Shown: positions 40,301 through 48,143 of the stretch, piece after piece
Layout of the letters: each line of letters opens with the position of its first letter
How positions within the stretch are numbered: position 1 is the first letter of the stretch
Origin: Thermoplasmata archaeon
Lineage (GTDB): Archaea > Thermoplasmatota > Thermoplasmata > Halarchaeoplasmatales > Halarchaeoplasmataceae
NCBI GenBank assembly: GCA_046498385.1
Contig: JAWOAU010000059.1
Location: forward strand, 76 to 64,075
DNA length: 64,000 nucleotides
Direction of reading: 5' to 3'
Position numbers and translations under genes: made by a program
The notes under the pieces: model-generated
Seen by the model: the letters and a program-made list of their open reading frames with translations, nothing else
Database searches by the model: none
Told to the model about the DNA's origin: nothing

Positions 40301-40397
40301 TAGGTCCAGGTATCGTCATTAGGGCCGCAAAACCTGCGAATACCAGGATAAATGCCACCACTAATGCCTTCAATCTTGCACTTTTCTTTTCGTTCAT
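37314..40397 (-). CDS. Large acidic cell-surface protein: signal peptide, about 9 carboxypeptidase-regulatory-like (transthyretin-fold) repeats, C-terminal TM and (E)n-LF repeat cytoplasmic tail
   Basis: Signal peptide (LKALVVAFILVFAGFAALMTIPGPTSAQG). Repeats of the type IGPV.D..G.P[IL]EG..[IV].......TTD.DG...F. TM GIGAVVLIIIIIIIIVVVMM followed by KKKPAAGPEEEELFEEEEDLFEEEEEEELF... (7 LF units). GGAGG Shine-Dalgarno 8 nt upstream. Confidence 0.75.
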   Translation of the reverse strand: MNEKKSARLKALVVAFILVFAGFAALMTIPGPTSAQGSDIETISQTVSTSESAELDLLEDELPPGDWYYRYDAPHRPDDDDALGLEEPAIWWFAMTLDPFDFPGQIQKVAVYDRVAVPMTARIREGGVSGTEIGNISFEPAEEAQGWVELEFEEAIEIDENTVYAMVVEIEQQEPSQYCAPMVNGYVEHGGYLSFDDKNWSTLQDFGFDFTFMMEACILQYVPSITTTTVSDPTPDSVQLNAEHKISIMDEVEVSFEYRELGAGVWDGPVGQETYYDSGEANYTLTGLDYYQIYEYRAVLDFEFEGTEDTFYGDPVPFTLSPLTVTVLDQADDSPIEGAEITLNTLDIPWSYSNETGEDGEIYYIHTAPINLPEAEFTYSATHRDYYLQTGEFVGEEYTIYMEHRTEWTVEVGPVLYMADADTEIPIEGADLEISWKYGGETDSTVGTTDDDGYFHFNVDFSPYETDFSVTITHEDFYTKTAEFTGIISEAIYYEDIVFTIGPVLDTQGNPLENYRVRAEYEDMNFTGVAMTDEDGLAEFSVISFQPTGVEFSISITDEDDWTSDAIRLTMNRDIYVYSSYNIETVDEGQNPIEGVKIQIGDPDVRTWIYYTDSMGTVNVPKIAFPYSQVAVTISHQDYIGRAISTDGEDDISLTLLEKPEITIGPVHDIGERPLEGVPIQVERISTGANIATLTTDTNGMASFYANFQVQGDTQFGLTIDHDELVEPQEVFFEGPESGAIKLLVGEPQTVQVGPAVDISYDPVEGAMVSLSLDGDEIGTSYTDSDGIADFEVEFDPAEASFTFTVSHQDLEEDYEGQFTGSRSDAFQLDIGEEPEPPVKEYTITVGPIRDVNREAVNDATVTLSWNGEEETSTTDSSGKATFTVELEGNPDEMTFTYAVSHDDLDGDETGTFTGTLSGALQYEDIGEEEGGVLPFGGIGAVVLIIIIIIIIVVVMMKKKPAAGPEEEELFEEEEDLFEEEEEEELFEEEKEEELFEEEEEDLFEEEEEEELFEEEEEELFEEEEEF
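37320..37500. repeat. Tandem, hierarchically organised DNA repeat (units of about 21-24 bp, CTTCTTCCTCGAAGAGTTCTTC-like, within a duplication of about 72 bp) encoding the (E)n-LF tail
   Basis: Direct repeats visible in the nucleotide sequence. ctcttcttcttcgaacaggtcctc occurs twice, about 72 bp apart. Confidence 0.8.
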
Positions 40398-40721
40398 ATA
40401 TATCTAAGCCTCCTAATTTGTCTACCTATGAGAAAACTTCTGTGTATTTATATTTTTTGCTATTTTGGCTGATATTTTTGGTGTCAAATCAAATATAGGA
40501 GGTATATCTGGGAAAAAAGCCGGCGGCTTATAGGATACCTCCACCTGAGCAATTCACATCGATAATCATCTGTGGATTGGGCGTAGAAAGACACATGCTG
40601 TTCCTTGCAGTTAATCTACCACTGGCTTGATTAGATAAGACTGGATCGGCAGGCCCGTTTGGATTCAAGGGATAAATTTATTCACTCCGTAGCTCTAAAG
40701 GTTTTCCTCGGAGATATAAAC

Positions 40722-41114
40722 ATGGATGAAAAGGTGAAGATCAGCAAAGAGGATTTCGACCTCGAAGACATAAAGAAACGCGCCGTCACACCGTCGGACG
40801 GCGTGATAGTGTCCTTCGTTGGAGTAGTCCGCGATCATAACAAAGGTCTTCGGGTGATTAAGTTAGAGATACAGAGATACGAAGGGATGACTCTTCAGCA
40901 GATGCAGCGAGTCCGTGATGAAGCTGTAAACAACTTCCAGGTGACCGATATTATCATACATCACCGGGTCGGTGAATTCGATGTAGGTGATAATATACTT
41001 GGAATCGCCGTGAGTGCGGCCGACTATCAGGATGCCTTCGATGCGTGTAGGTACTGCGTAGACCGTATAAAAGAGATAGTACCTTTATGGCGAAAAGAAG
41101 CCACTGAATTATGA
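40722..41114 (+). CDS. moaE: Molybdopterin synthase catalytic subunit MoaE-like
   Basis: MoaE pattern (GVIVSFVGVVRDHNKG...HHRVGEFDVGDNILGIAVSAADYQDAFDACRYCVDRIKEIVPLWRKE). Start chosen at MDEKVK (GGAGA Shine-Dalgarno); the ORF track begins at 40659. Confidence 0.65.
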   Translation: MDEKVKISKEDFDLEDIKKRAVTPSDGVIVSFVGVVRDHNKGLRVIKLEIQRYEGMTLQQMQRVRDEAVNNFQVTDIIIHHRVGEFDVGDNILGIAVSAADYQDAFDACRYCVDRIKEIVPLWRKEATEL

Positions 41115-41285
41115 TAGTTCGACCGATATAGACACTCCTTCATGGCCAAAATCGTCAGACAGACATCTGACAATCCACCCCGAAAAAGGTCTAATTTTAC
41201 TGGGATTTAGCGAAAGGTATATATATTAATAGGTTACTATACCCCCTGGGTTTGGTGATATCCAACCCGATACCTCAAAGGAGGA

Positions 41286-41510
41286 ATGTGTATGACCATG
41301 AAAAAAATAAGCGTGGATAAAGCGCAAACGATTGCAGAAGAAAAGGGACTGAAACCCGGATTGGTGAAAGGAACTGACGGTATACAGTTCACCAAAGGTG
41401 GAAACGACAGACTGGATACCATAGGTTGGGATGAGTTTAAGAACAAACTTAAGGAGAGAAATCTAGCGGTATACGAATCCAGCGGCTGGATGAAGATAAT
41501 GAAGGAGTGA
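41286..41510 (+). CDS. Small hypothetical protein (about 72 aa)
   Basis: AAAGGAGGA Shine-Dalgarno at 41276-41284, a TATA-like GGTATATATATTAATA at about 41217-41232, and a stem-loop in the leader. No family recognised. The start may be the Met at 41292. Confidence 0.45.
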   Translation: MCMTMKKISVDKAQTIAEEKGLKPGLVKGTDGIQFTKGGNDRLDTIGWDEFKNKLKERNLAVYESSGWMKIMKE

Positions 41511-41606
41511 TCTATCTTTATCCACTCAACCCTAAATAAAACCCCTTTCCTCTTTTTTCTATATTGATATTTGTAAATAAGTCATGCCCCAGTTATTATA
41601 GTAAGA

Positions 41607-41679
41607 TGCGGGTGCCGGGATTTGAACCCGAGTTTCAAGCTTGGCAAGCTTAAGTGATACCAGGCTACACCACACCCGC
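41607..41679 (-). tRNA. tRNA-Gly (anticodon GCC), 73 nt, CCA not encoded
   Basis: Minus-strand sequence GCGGGTG-TG-GTGT-AGCCTGGTA-TCAC-T-TAAGC-TTGCCAA-GCTTG-AAAC-TCGGG-TTCAAAT-CCCGG-CACCCGC-A. It has a 7-bp acceptor stem, D arm, anticodon stem with loop UU-GCC-AA, T arm with TTCAAAT loop, and discriminator A. Confidence 0.85.
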
Positions 41680-41767
41680 ATGTATGAGAAAGGTTATGAT
41701 CACCTGGACCATCATCGCTGGATGTATTTTGGAGAAGTAGAAGATGATATCATTTATAAATATTGTC

Positions 41768-43234
41768 CTATCGCCGGTCGAGGAGTTTGCGGCATCGTTC
41801 GAGTAACTTTTCTTCGTTTATATCCTGAAAAATCTTTTTTGCTTCCTCAAGACTAGCAGTTCCCAAACTGTCATCATGTTTAGAGCCGTATTTCATAAGT
41901 TGTATCCCTAAAAGCTTTCTTATACTCTTAATTTCAACAGGTACAGATGTTTTCGTCGAGAGTTCCAAGGCCGAGCGGTAGTACTTGATTTTTTCCAGCT
42001 CCCCTTCAGCCGATTCGCTAGCTTTGATATAGTTCTCAAAAGCACGGTCATACAACCTCGCCCTCTCGTAATGCACCGCCAGCTGTGGACGGTAAGACTC
42101 TAAAGAATCAGCGTATAAACGTTCAATAGCTTCGGCGGCCTTTTTGTGATATGATACTTTATTATATTTAAATTGAGAGCGGTAGAGTATGTCTCGGAAG
42201 ACCGAGTGTTTAAAGGAGTACCCCTCACCACCCTTTTCTTCTACCAAGATACCTCTGTCCAAAGCGATATCGAGCATATCAAGTATTTTCATATTGTCCA
42301 TCTCTGTAACTTCAGACAATAAGGTATAATCAAAAACGTCTCCCAGTACACTTGCCCGCTGGAGCAGGTCCTTTGTGTTTTTATCTAACTTCACCATTTT
42401 CCTTTCCACCACGTATCTGACCGTGGACGGCCATTCCAGTGTATCGTCTGATACAGGGTAAAAGTCGTTCTCCGGGTTGATGGAGTTCTTGGATAACATC
42501 GATTTAACGGTTTCCGTAATAAATAACGGGTTACCTTCGGTTTTAGAATGGATGAACTCACAAAAATTGGAAGTGGGCTTCCTGCCTAATATGTTTTTGA
42601 GTATCTCTCTAGTTTCGTCGATCTCAAGGGGTCCGAGTCTCATATGATCGCACAGATCTTTTTGCCGCAGATGATAAAGAGTTTCTTTCAGTGAATGGTA
42701 ATCAGCGGTTTTTTCCGGCAAGCAAGTGGCGACCAGCATTATGGGCTGCTCTTCGATATTCTCGGCGATGTATCTGAAAGCTAAAACGGAGGATTTGTCC
42801 GCCAAATGCAGTTCCTCGATGATCATAAGCATTGGCTTTTTCGAAGCCATTTTGCAAAGTTCTTCCAGGGCCTGTCTCAGTGCATTGGGATCCTTTTCAT
42901 GAAAATGGATGATATCGTTTTGCTCAAATTTTTTGGATAATATAGATATCCCCAGCGGTAGGGAATAATTTTTGTTTAGAGATGGTCTTAGATCTTTAAA
43001 AGCATCATTTAACGGATGATAGGGCTCACCGTCCCGGGATACCCCGGAACCTTTGATACAGGTAATCTCTCTATCGCTCGCCACCTTGCAAAGCCATTCT
43101 ATCAACGCGCTTTTTCCTACCCCCCTCTCGCCAGATATTATTACCGTTCTTCCTCTGCCTTTTTTAACTTCATCAACAACTGTTTTTAATTTATCTCGTT
43201 CTCGCTCCCGGCCCACCAATATATCCTCTTTCAT
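41768..43234 (-). CDS. STAND/AAA-type NTPase regulator (paralog of the ATPase module of the protein at 11113-14310) with helical/TPR-like C-terminus
   Basis: Walker A ISGERGVGKSALIEWL, Walker B-like MLMIIEELHLADK. Collinear similarity to the other STAND protein (..FKHSVFRDILYRS... aligns to ..FSHALVHLAAYNR...). Lies 6 bp downstream of the response-regulator gene on the same strand. Confidence 0.7.
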   Translation of the reverse strand: MKEDILVGRERERDKLKTVVDEVKKGRGRTVIISGERGVGKSALIEWLCKVASDREITCIKGSGVSRDGEPYHPLNDAFKDLRPSLNKNYSLPLGISILSKKFEQNDIIHFHEKDPNALRQALEELCKMASKKPMLMIIEELHLADKSSVLAFRYIAENIEEQPIMLVATCLPEKTADYHSLKETLYHLRQKDLCDHMRLGPLEIDETREILKNILGRKPTSNFCEFIHSKTEGNPLFITETVKSMLSKNSINPENDFYPVSDDTLEWPSTVRYVVERKMVKLDKNTKDLLQRASVLGDVFDYTLLSEVTEMDNMKILDMLDIALDRGILVEEKGGEGYSFKHSVFRDILYRSQFKYNKVSYHKKAAEAIERLYADSLESYRPQLAVHYERARLYDRAFENYIKASESAEGELEKIKYYRSALELSTKTSVPVEIKSIRKLLGIQLMKYGSKHDDSLGTASLEEAKKIFQDINEEKLLERCRKLLDRR

Positions 43235-43240
43235 TTTGAT

Positions 43241-45199
43241 TCAAACCTCTCCATTCCCAAAGTATACTATTATGCTGTTCAACTCCCCCCCGTCTTTTTT
43301 CACCTCTATGGTCTTTATTCCGCATTCCGCTAGAGATCCATCTTTTTTTTCCAAGGAAACGTCTGTGGAAAACTGCTCTACCTCTCCCTTTATTATACGT
43401 TCTAACCCTTGGGACAGGGGTTCTTCCTCATCAACCAGATCTATCAATTTCATGGATAACAATTCGTTTTCCGAATAACCGGTGATTTCCAAAGCCATTT
43501 GATTTCCTTCTATTATTTGTCCCTCTGCGTTCAAAAGCAGCATCCCTAAGGGCACCCCTTCGAAGGCTACCAGAAACATCTCCTGTATCTCTTCCAAGGT
43601 GACTAGATTTCTTTTCTGTTGAGTTATATCTATCATGGATACCAATACTAGATTGGAATCGGTCATCGGTGAGGCAGTTAGAAACACCTCTCTAACATCG
43701 TGATATCTGTTCTGCAGTTTAAGAAAAATGTCGGTACGTTCTTCCTCCTCGTCAAAAAGTTGAAGAAGTGAGTTCTTTACCTTTTTTAACTCCTCTTCTA
43801 ACACGAATTCCGTAAAATTATTTCCGTTTAATTCTTTAGACGAGTAGCCTAATAGTTTTTCTCCTTCATTATTTATCATAGATATCCCCATATTGCGGTC
43901 CAGGATCACCATGGCGGTTCCGGTGCTCTCGAATATGTTTCTGTACCTTTTTTCACTCTCGATAATCTTTTTTTCGTACCGAATCCTTTTCAATGTACCG
44001 GAGGTATGGGATATGAGGATCTCGGCCATCTTGAGGTCGTTTTCATCGAACTTATCTTTTTCAAAGGATATTGCCTGGAATACACCTATATCGCCGATGG
44101 GTATACTCATGGCGGAATTATATGTGGTTTTATAGGGTTCAGCGCATTCCGAACTTTTTATATCCGAGGTGATAAAGGATTTTTTTTCTGCATATGTTTT
44201 ACCCAGAATACCTGTATCTTTAGGGATATCCGAGGACTTATATACCTCTCCGCTCGCCGCTTTTATGGAAAAACTATCTCCTTCTACCAGGGTTATAGTA
44301 CACACGTTCAAATCCAATATGTCTGAAGCCGAGTCGATTGTCAACTGATAAACCTCGTCTTCACTCCCGCATTTTATCATCTTCGAGGCCACGTCATGAA
44401 GCTTTTCTATCTTTTCTTTTTGAGTTTCTAGGTCTCTGCGGGCATTCTTTATAGCGGTTATATCTTCTATACTACCTTCTATATACCGCACCTCTCCGTT
44501 TTCGTCCAGTGTAACGTAGGCGTTTTCCTTGACCCATATATGCTCACCATCCTTTCTTTCCAACTCTACTTCATGTCCTTTGATAACATCTTTATCCTTG
44601 AGCTTGGATATAAAATCCCGTCTTAACTTTTCATCAGGGTGGAAATCCGTTGCACGGTATGAATGTATTTCGTCTTTTGATTGAAATCCCAGCAGTTCTA
44701 TCAATGCACTGTTCGCAGCAAATATCCTACCTTCCGCGTCCACGGAGTACAGTCCAACGGGTACTCTCTCGAATAATCGGTTATACAGTTCTTCCAGTTT
44801 TCTCTTTTCCCTGCGGATTTTTGCATTTTCAAGGACGGACTGAACACATGCAGATAGTCTGATGAAGTGTTTTGGTGACTTGACCACGTAATCATCAAGC
44901 CCGGATTTCATGGCCCGAACGGCCACCTCTTCGTTTCCTGTTCCCGTGAACATGATCACAGGACAATCCGGTCTGTGCTTTTTTACTTCTTTTAAAACCT
45001 TGATACCGTTGGTCCATCGTATTCGATAATCTGTTATCACGAGATCAAAATCATCTTGATCCAGCGCAGTCTTCAGTTCCTTTGAATCCACTACCTCTAT
45101 TACTTCTATCTCCTTAAAACTTTTCTTTAATTCTCGGATAGCTAGGGACCTATCATCGGGATTATCGTCCACTATCATTATATTGATAGTTTCGTTCAT
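43241..45199 (-). CDS. Response regulator with receiver (REC), PAS/PAC, GAF, PAS, PAS domains and no kinase or recognisable output domain
   Basis: REC (IMIVDDNPDDRSL...DLVITDYRIRWTNGIKVLKEVKK...PVIMFTGTGNEEVAVRAMKSGLDDYVVK). PAS (LFERVPVGLYSVDAEGRIFAANSALIELLGF). GAF-like middle. Two C-terminal PAS (IFESTGTAMVILD...; AFEGVPLGMLLLNAEGQIIEGNQMALEITGY). Confidence 0.8.
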   Translation of the reverse strand: MNETINIMIVDDNPDDRSLAIRELKKSFKEIEVIEVVDSKELKTALDQDDFDLVITDYRIRWTNGIKVLKEVKKHRPDCPVIMFTGTGNEEVAVRAMKSGLDDYVVKSPKHFIRLSACVQSVLENAKIRREKRKLEELYNRLFERVPVGLYSVDAEGRIFAANSALIELLGFQSKDEIHSYRATDFHPDEKLRRDFISKLKDKDVIKGHEVELERKDGEHIWVKENAYVTLDENGEVRYIEGSIEDITAIKNARRDLETQKEKIEKLHDVASKMIKCGSEDEVYQLTIDSASDILDLNVCTITLVEGDSFSIKAASGEVYKSSDIPKDTGILGKTYAEKKSFITSDIKSSECAEPYKTTYNSAMSIPIGDIGVFQAISFEKDKFDENDLKMAEILISHTSGTLKRIRYEKKIIESEKRYRNIFESTGTAMVILDRNMGISMINNEGEKLLGYSSKELNGNNFTEFVLEEELKKVKNSLLQLFDEEEERTDIFLKLQNRYHDVREVFLTASPMTDSNLVLVSMIDITQQKRNLVTLEEIQEMFLVAFEGVPLGMLLLNAEGQIIEGNQMALEITGYSENELLSMKLIDLVDEEEPLSQGLERIIKGEVEQFSTDVSLEKKDGSLAECGIKTIEVKKDGGELNSIIVYFGNGEV

Positions 45200-45484
45200 A
45201 GATAATACCTTCCATCGATTTTTACCGACGTGTAAGTTATCGTATCTCTTGAAGTAAAATGCTTACATTCCCCTACCGACTGTTTTACCTTGTTCCCTTC
45301 ATTTTTTTTGCCTATGTCCATGTGAACACCTAACCTCTCTGCTTTTTGAATCTTTGTGGGATGGGGGTCTTATGGTGGTAAATTACCCTTGTCCTCAAGC
45401 ATATTATGTTTGATGTACTATTTGAACATTTTGCAGTGTAAATATGGAAAATGTTCATTTATTATAACTCTATATCGCTATAGA

Positions 45485-46360
45485 ATGTCTGGTGCAGAAT
45501 CATTTGTGGAAACAACATCTAAGGCGGCTATACCGGTAGCTATGATTGCGGTATCCTTCGCGGCGGTGCTCATACGACTATCGCATTCTCATCCCTTTAC
45601 CATAGCTTTTTATCGCATGTTCTTCGCCACCCTTATATTACTACCGCCGCTCTACTTCAGAAGAGAAGAGATCAAGAGGATAACTAGATCGGAATGGAAT
45701 ATCCTCGTATTAACAGGGATATTCTTAGCCATCCATTTCGCCGCCTGGATATCCTCTCTTCGATACACCTCGGTTGTTTCTTCCGTGGTTTTGGTCACCT
45801 CTCATCCTTTGGTTGTAACGTGGGTCTCAGGGTGGTATCTAGGTGAAAAATCCGGCAGGACGGCTTACATGGCCATCCTTCTATCATTAGGGGGGATAAC
45901 CATAATGGCGGTATCCAACTACCAGGCGGAGGGTTGGTCCTTGTTCGGGGACATTCTCGCCATCGTGGGCATGCTGGCATTTGCGGGGTACATAATCCGG
46001 GGCAGACAGATGCGCCGGACCATGTCTACAGTTACTTATTCTTTCGTTGTATATGGTGTTTCATCTCTAGTTCTCGGGGCGATGGCATTTTTCTTTGTGG
46101 GCGGTGTTACTTCACAACCTCCTAGAGAGTACTTGCTGTTCTTGTCCCTGGCGGTGATACCAACAATATTCGGTCACACACTTTACAACTGGGCCCTTAG
46201 GTTTGTCCGCGCCCGATTGGTCTCAGTGAGTCTTCTGGCGGAACCCCTCGGGGCCTCCCTACTTGCTTTTATTATCTTGAACGAGGTTCCTCCGTATCTA
46301 ACCGCCCTAGGAGGGGCCATAACTCTCATAGGTGTGTTTATCTGCTCTAGAAGTGAGTGA
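45485..46360 (+). CDS. EamA/DMT-superfamily transporter (10 TM)
   Basis: Two EamA repeats (FYRMFFATLILLP... and the second half). The start is chosen at the MSGAESF Met; the first 43 codons of the track ORF (45356) look non-coding. Confidence 0.7.
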   Translation: MSGAESFVETTSKAAIPVAMIAVSFAAVLIRLSHSHPFTIAFYRMFFATLILLPPLYFRREEIKRITRSEWNILVLTGIFLAIHFAAWISSLRYTSVVSSVVLVTSHPLVVTWVSGWYLGEKSGRTAYMAILLSLGGITIMAVSNYQAEGWSLFGDILAIVGMLAFAGYIIRGRQMRRTMSTVTYSFVVYGVSSLVLGAMAFFFVGGVTSQPPREYLLFLSLAVIPTIFGHTLYNWALRFVRARLVSVSLLAEPLGASLLAFIILNEVPPYLTALGGAITLIGVFICSRSE

Positions 46361-46361
46361 A

Positions 46362-46678
46362 AAACCGGGTCACCGAGGTTGGCGCTCATCACGCTCGTGA
46401 GGACTCCAAGATCCTTCTCGACCCCGCTACCCATCGAGCATCGGTAGTCCACGGTAGGACTGCTCCCTTCCGGACCTGGCCCGTTCTCCGCGGCAAAGTT
46501 AAAGGGGAACGACCCTCCGGTTGTCCCCAATAACACCTCCGATCCCGAAGGACGAGATCTCACAGTTGGACCTTGGCTCATGAACGGGATGATTACGCCG
46601 CCCCCGGCGGTCACCCCCGCGTATCGACGTTTTCGGTGTATAAGGGCACGCCGAACGCCCCGGTTAGACCCGGTGACT
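46362..46678 (-). ncRNA. ffs: Signal recognition particle RNA (7S/SRP RNA), about 315 nt
   Basis: GC-rich structured segment. The minus strand contains the universally conserved helix-8 motif GGGCCAGGUCCGGAAGGGAGCAGUCCUACCGUGG (cf. bacterial/archaeal GGUCAGGUCCGGAAGGAAGCAGC). The 5' CCGGGUC pairs with the 3' GACCCGG and is followed by UUUU. A TATA box lies about 24 nt upstream. The two track ORFs over this region are spurious. Confidence 0.75.
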
Positions 46679-47323
46679 GTCACTATCACCCACGGTATAT
46701 AAGGTTTTATCCTCTTTCACCGCTATTACGTAGTTGTTTTCTCCCGACAGGAAGGATTCTTCCACCTGGAGACCGGACTTTATAACATCTTCCTCTAATT
46801 CATCTAAAGTATAGAGGTGGTAGTACCTCTCAAAGACAACGCCGTCATCCCTTGTCCAGGGAACGATCACCTCTCTTTTTTTGTCGGGTATGTCCCACCT
46901 ATCCGACTCTCTGGACCACGAAGAAACCAATAGCTTACCATCGGTCCTTAGGATTCTTTTACACTCTTTCAAACTTCTTACTTTTCCTTCTCTTAGGTGA
47001 TGTATGGCCGCTATGTACAGCACGCCGTCGAATGATTCGTCTTTGAAAGGTAGTAGTCTGGTATCTCCCTTTATATAATCCCCCTTTTTGCATCTTTGTT
47101 TGGCAATTTTCAACAACTCGACGGAAGCATCTAATCCCACAGTTCGTAAATCCTTCTCGACCGCGGCTGAACAATGCCTTCCGTTTCCACAGCCCAAATC
47201 AAGTATGTCCCCTTCGATGGCTCCTATAAACTCCTCCACATCTTTCCAAGGACGGTTCCTGGTCTTGTCAAAATGATCTGCTATGGAATCGAAGAGCTCT
47301 CCCATGTTGTTTTTTTTGTTCAT
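46664..47323 (-). CDS. Class I SAM-dependent methyltransferase (Methyltransf_11 type)
   Basis: Motif I ILDLGCGNGRH, motif post-I VGLDAS, motif II/III region (FDGVLYIAAIHHL, LRTDGKLLVSSW). Start chosen at MNKKNN; the track ORF starts 51 nt upstream at 47374. Confidence 0.7.
   Translation of the reverse strand: MNKKNNMGELFDSIADHFDKTRNRPWKDVEEFIGAIEGDILDLGCGNGRHCSAAVEKDLRTVGLDASVELLKIAKQRCKKGDYIKGDTRLLPFKDESFDGVLYIAAIHHLREGKVRSLKECKRILRTDGKLLVSSWSRESDRWDIPDKKREVIVPWTRDDGVVFERYYHLYTLDELEEDVIKSGLQVEESFLSGENNYVIAVKEDKTLYTVGDSDSHRV
46697..46703 (-). promoter_or_regulatory. Archaeal TATA box (TTATATA) with A-rich BRE-like sequence upstream, for the SRP RNA. It lies inside the last 15 codons of the methyltransferase gene
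   Basis: Minus strand TAAAACC-TTATATA-CC, about 24 nt upstream of the inferred SRP RNA 5' end. Confidence 0.45.
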
Positions 47324-47378
47324 GTTTGTGGTTACATCGGGACAAAATTTATATTCTTTGTGATAGCTCCTCACTCAA

Positions 47379-48143
47379 ATGTATCTTATCGACTCAATTT
47401 TGATAATAGTAATTTCAATTGTACTGTCCTATTTGGTTTACAGACGGGGACTCCTAAATTTCTGGGGTTCCGTCACCGCATTGGTCATCAGTTTGATACT
47501 CGGATTCCAGGGTGGTCTCATATGGATATTCCTTCTTTTACTTTTCTTAGCAAGCGCCTTTTTGGCTACAAAGTACAAGTTCAGATACAAACGAAAAAAA
47601 GGCCTTCAGGAAGGAAGAAAGGGCGAACGAGGTGTGATCAACGTACTAGCGAACGGTTCCATACCTACCGCCATCGCACTTTTGCATGGTGCTGAAAACT
47701 CATTTGGGATCTTAGGCATAGGATTTCTGAGCAGGAGCATAGCTGTTTTTTTATTCGTGACCGCCGTGGCCAGCGCCGCTTCAGATACCCTAGCTTCCGA
47801 GATGGGCGTTCTCTCTAAGAACGCATATCTGATAACGAATCTAAAGAGGGTAGAACCAGGTACTAACGGAGGAGTATCCTATTATGGACAAATGTGGGCC
47901 TTTATCGGGTCGTTCTACACGTTCATAATCGCCTTTGCGGTATTCTCTATTTTCGAGGGCCGTATCTTTCCGGTCTCATGGGTCCTTATGGGAGGGGCCT
48001 TTGGCTTTATTAGTTGTCAGATAGACAGCGTTCTAGGTGCCACGTTAGAAAGGAAAAAGATATTAGGCAAGTCCGCCGTTAACATCTCATCGGTCGCTAT
48101 CACAGTACTGATAAGCGGGGTATTCATATGGTTAGTAGGATAG
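47379..48143 (+). CDS. DUF92/TMEM19-family integral membrane protein
   Basis: Characteristic motifs (NVLANGSIPTAIALL, AVASAASDTLASEMGVLSK, GGVSYYGQMWAF, ISCQIDSVLGATLE). 6-7 TM. Confidence 0.7.
   Translation: MYLIDSILIIVISIVLSYLVYRRGLLNFWGSVTALVISLILGFQGGLIWIFLLLLFLASAFLATKYKFRYKRKKGLQEGRKGERGVINVLANGSIPTAIALLHGAENSFGILGIGFLSRSIAVFLFVTAVASAASDTLASEMGVLSKNAYLITNLKRVEPGTNGGVSYYGQMWAFIGSFYTFIIAFAVFSIFEGRIFPVSWVLMGGAFGFISCQIDSVLGATLERKKILGKSAVNISSVAITVLISGVFIWLVG

Noticed and set aside
41641-41856. Plus-strand ORF (TTG start) overlapping tRNA-Gly
   Set aside because: Overlaps a well-formed tRNA on the opposite strand. No Shine-Dalgarno. Improbable composition.
46183-46785. Two track ORFs (46183-46689 minus, 46573-46785 plus) over the GC-rich segment
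   Set aside because: The segment carries the conserved SRP RNA helix-8 motif and terminal pairing. The translations are Gly/Arg/Pro-rich nonsense typical of GC-rich non-coding RNA.
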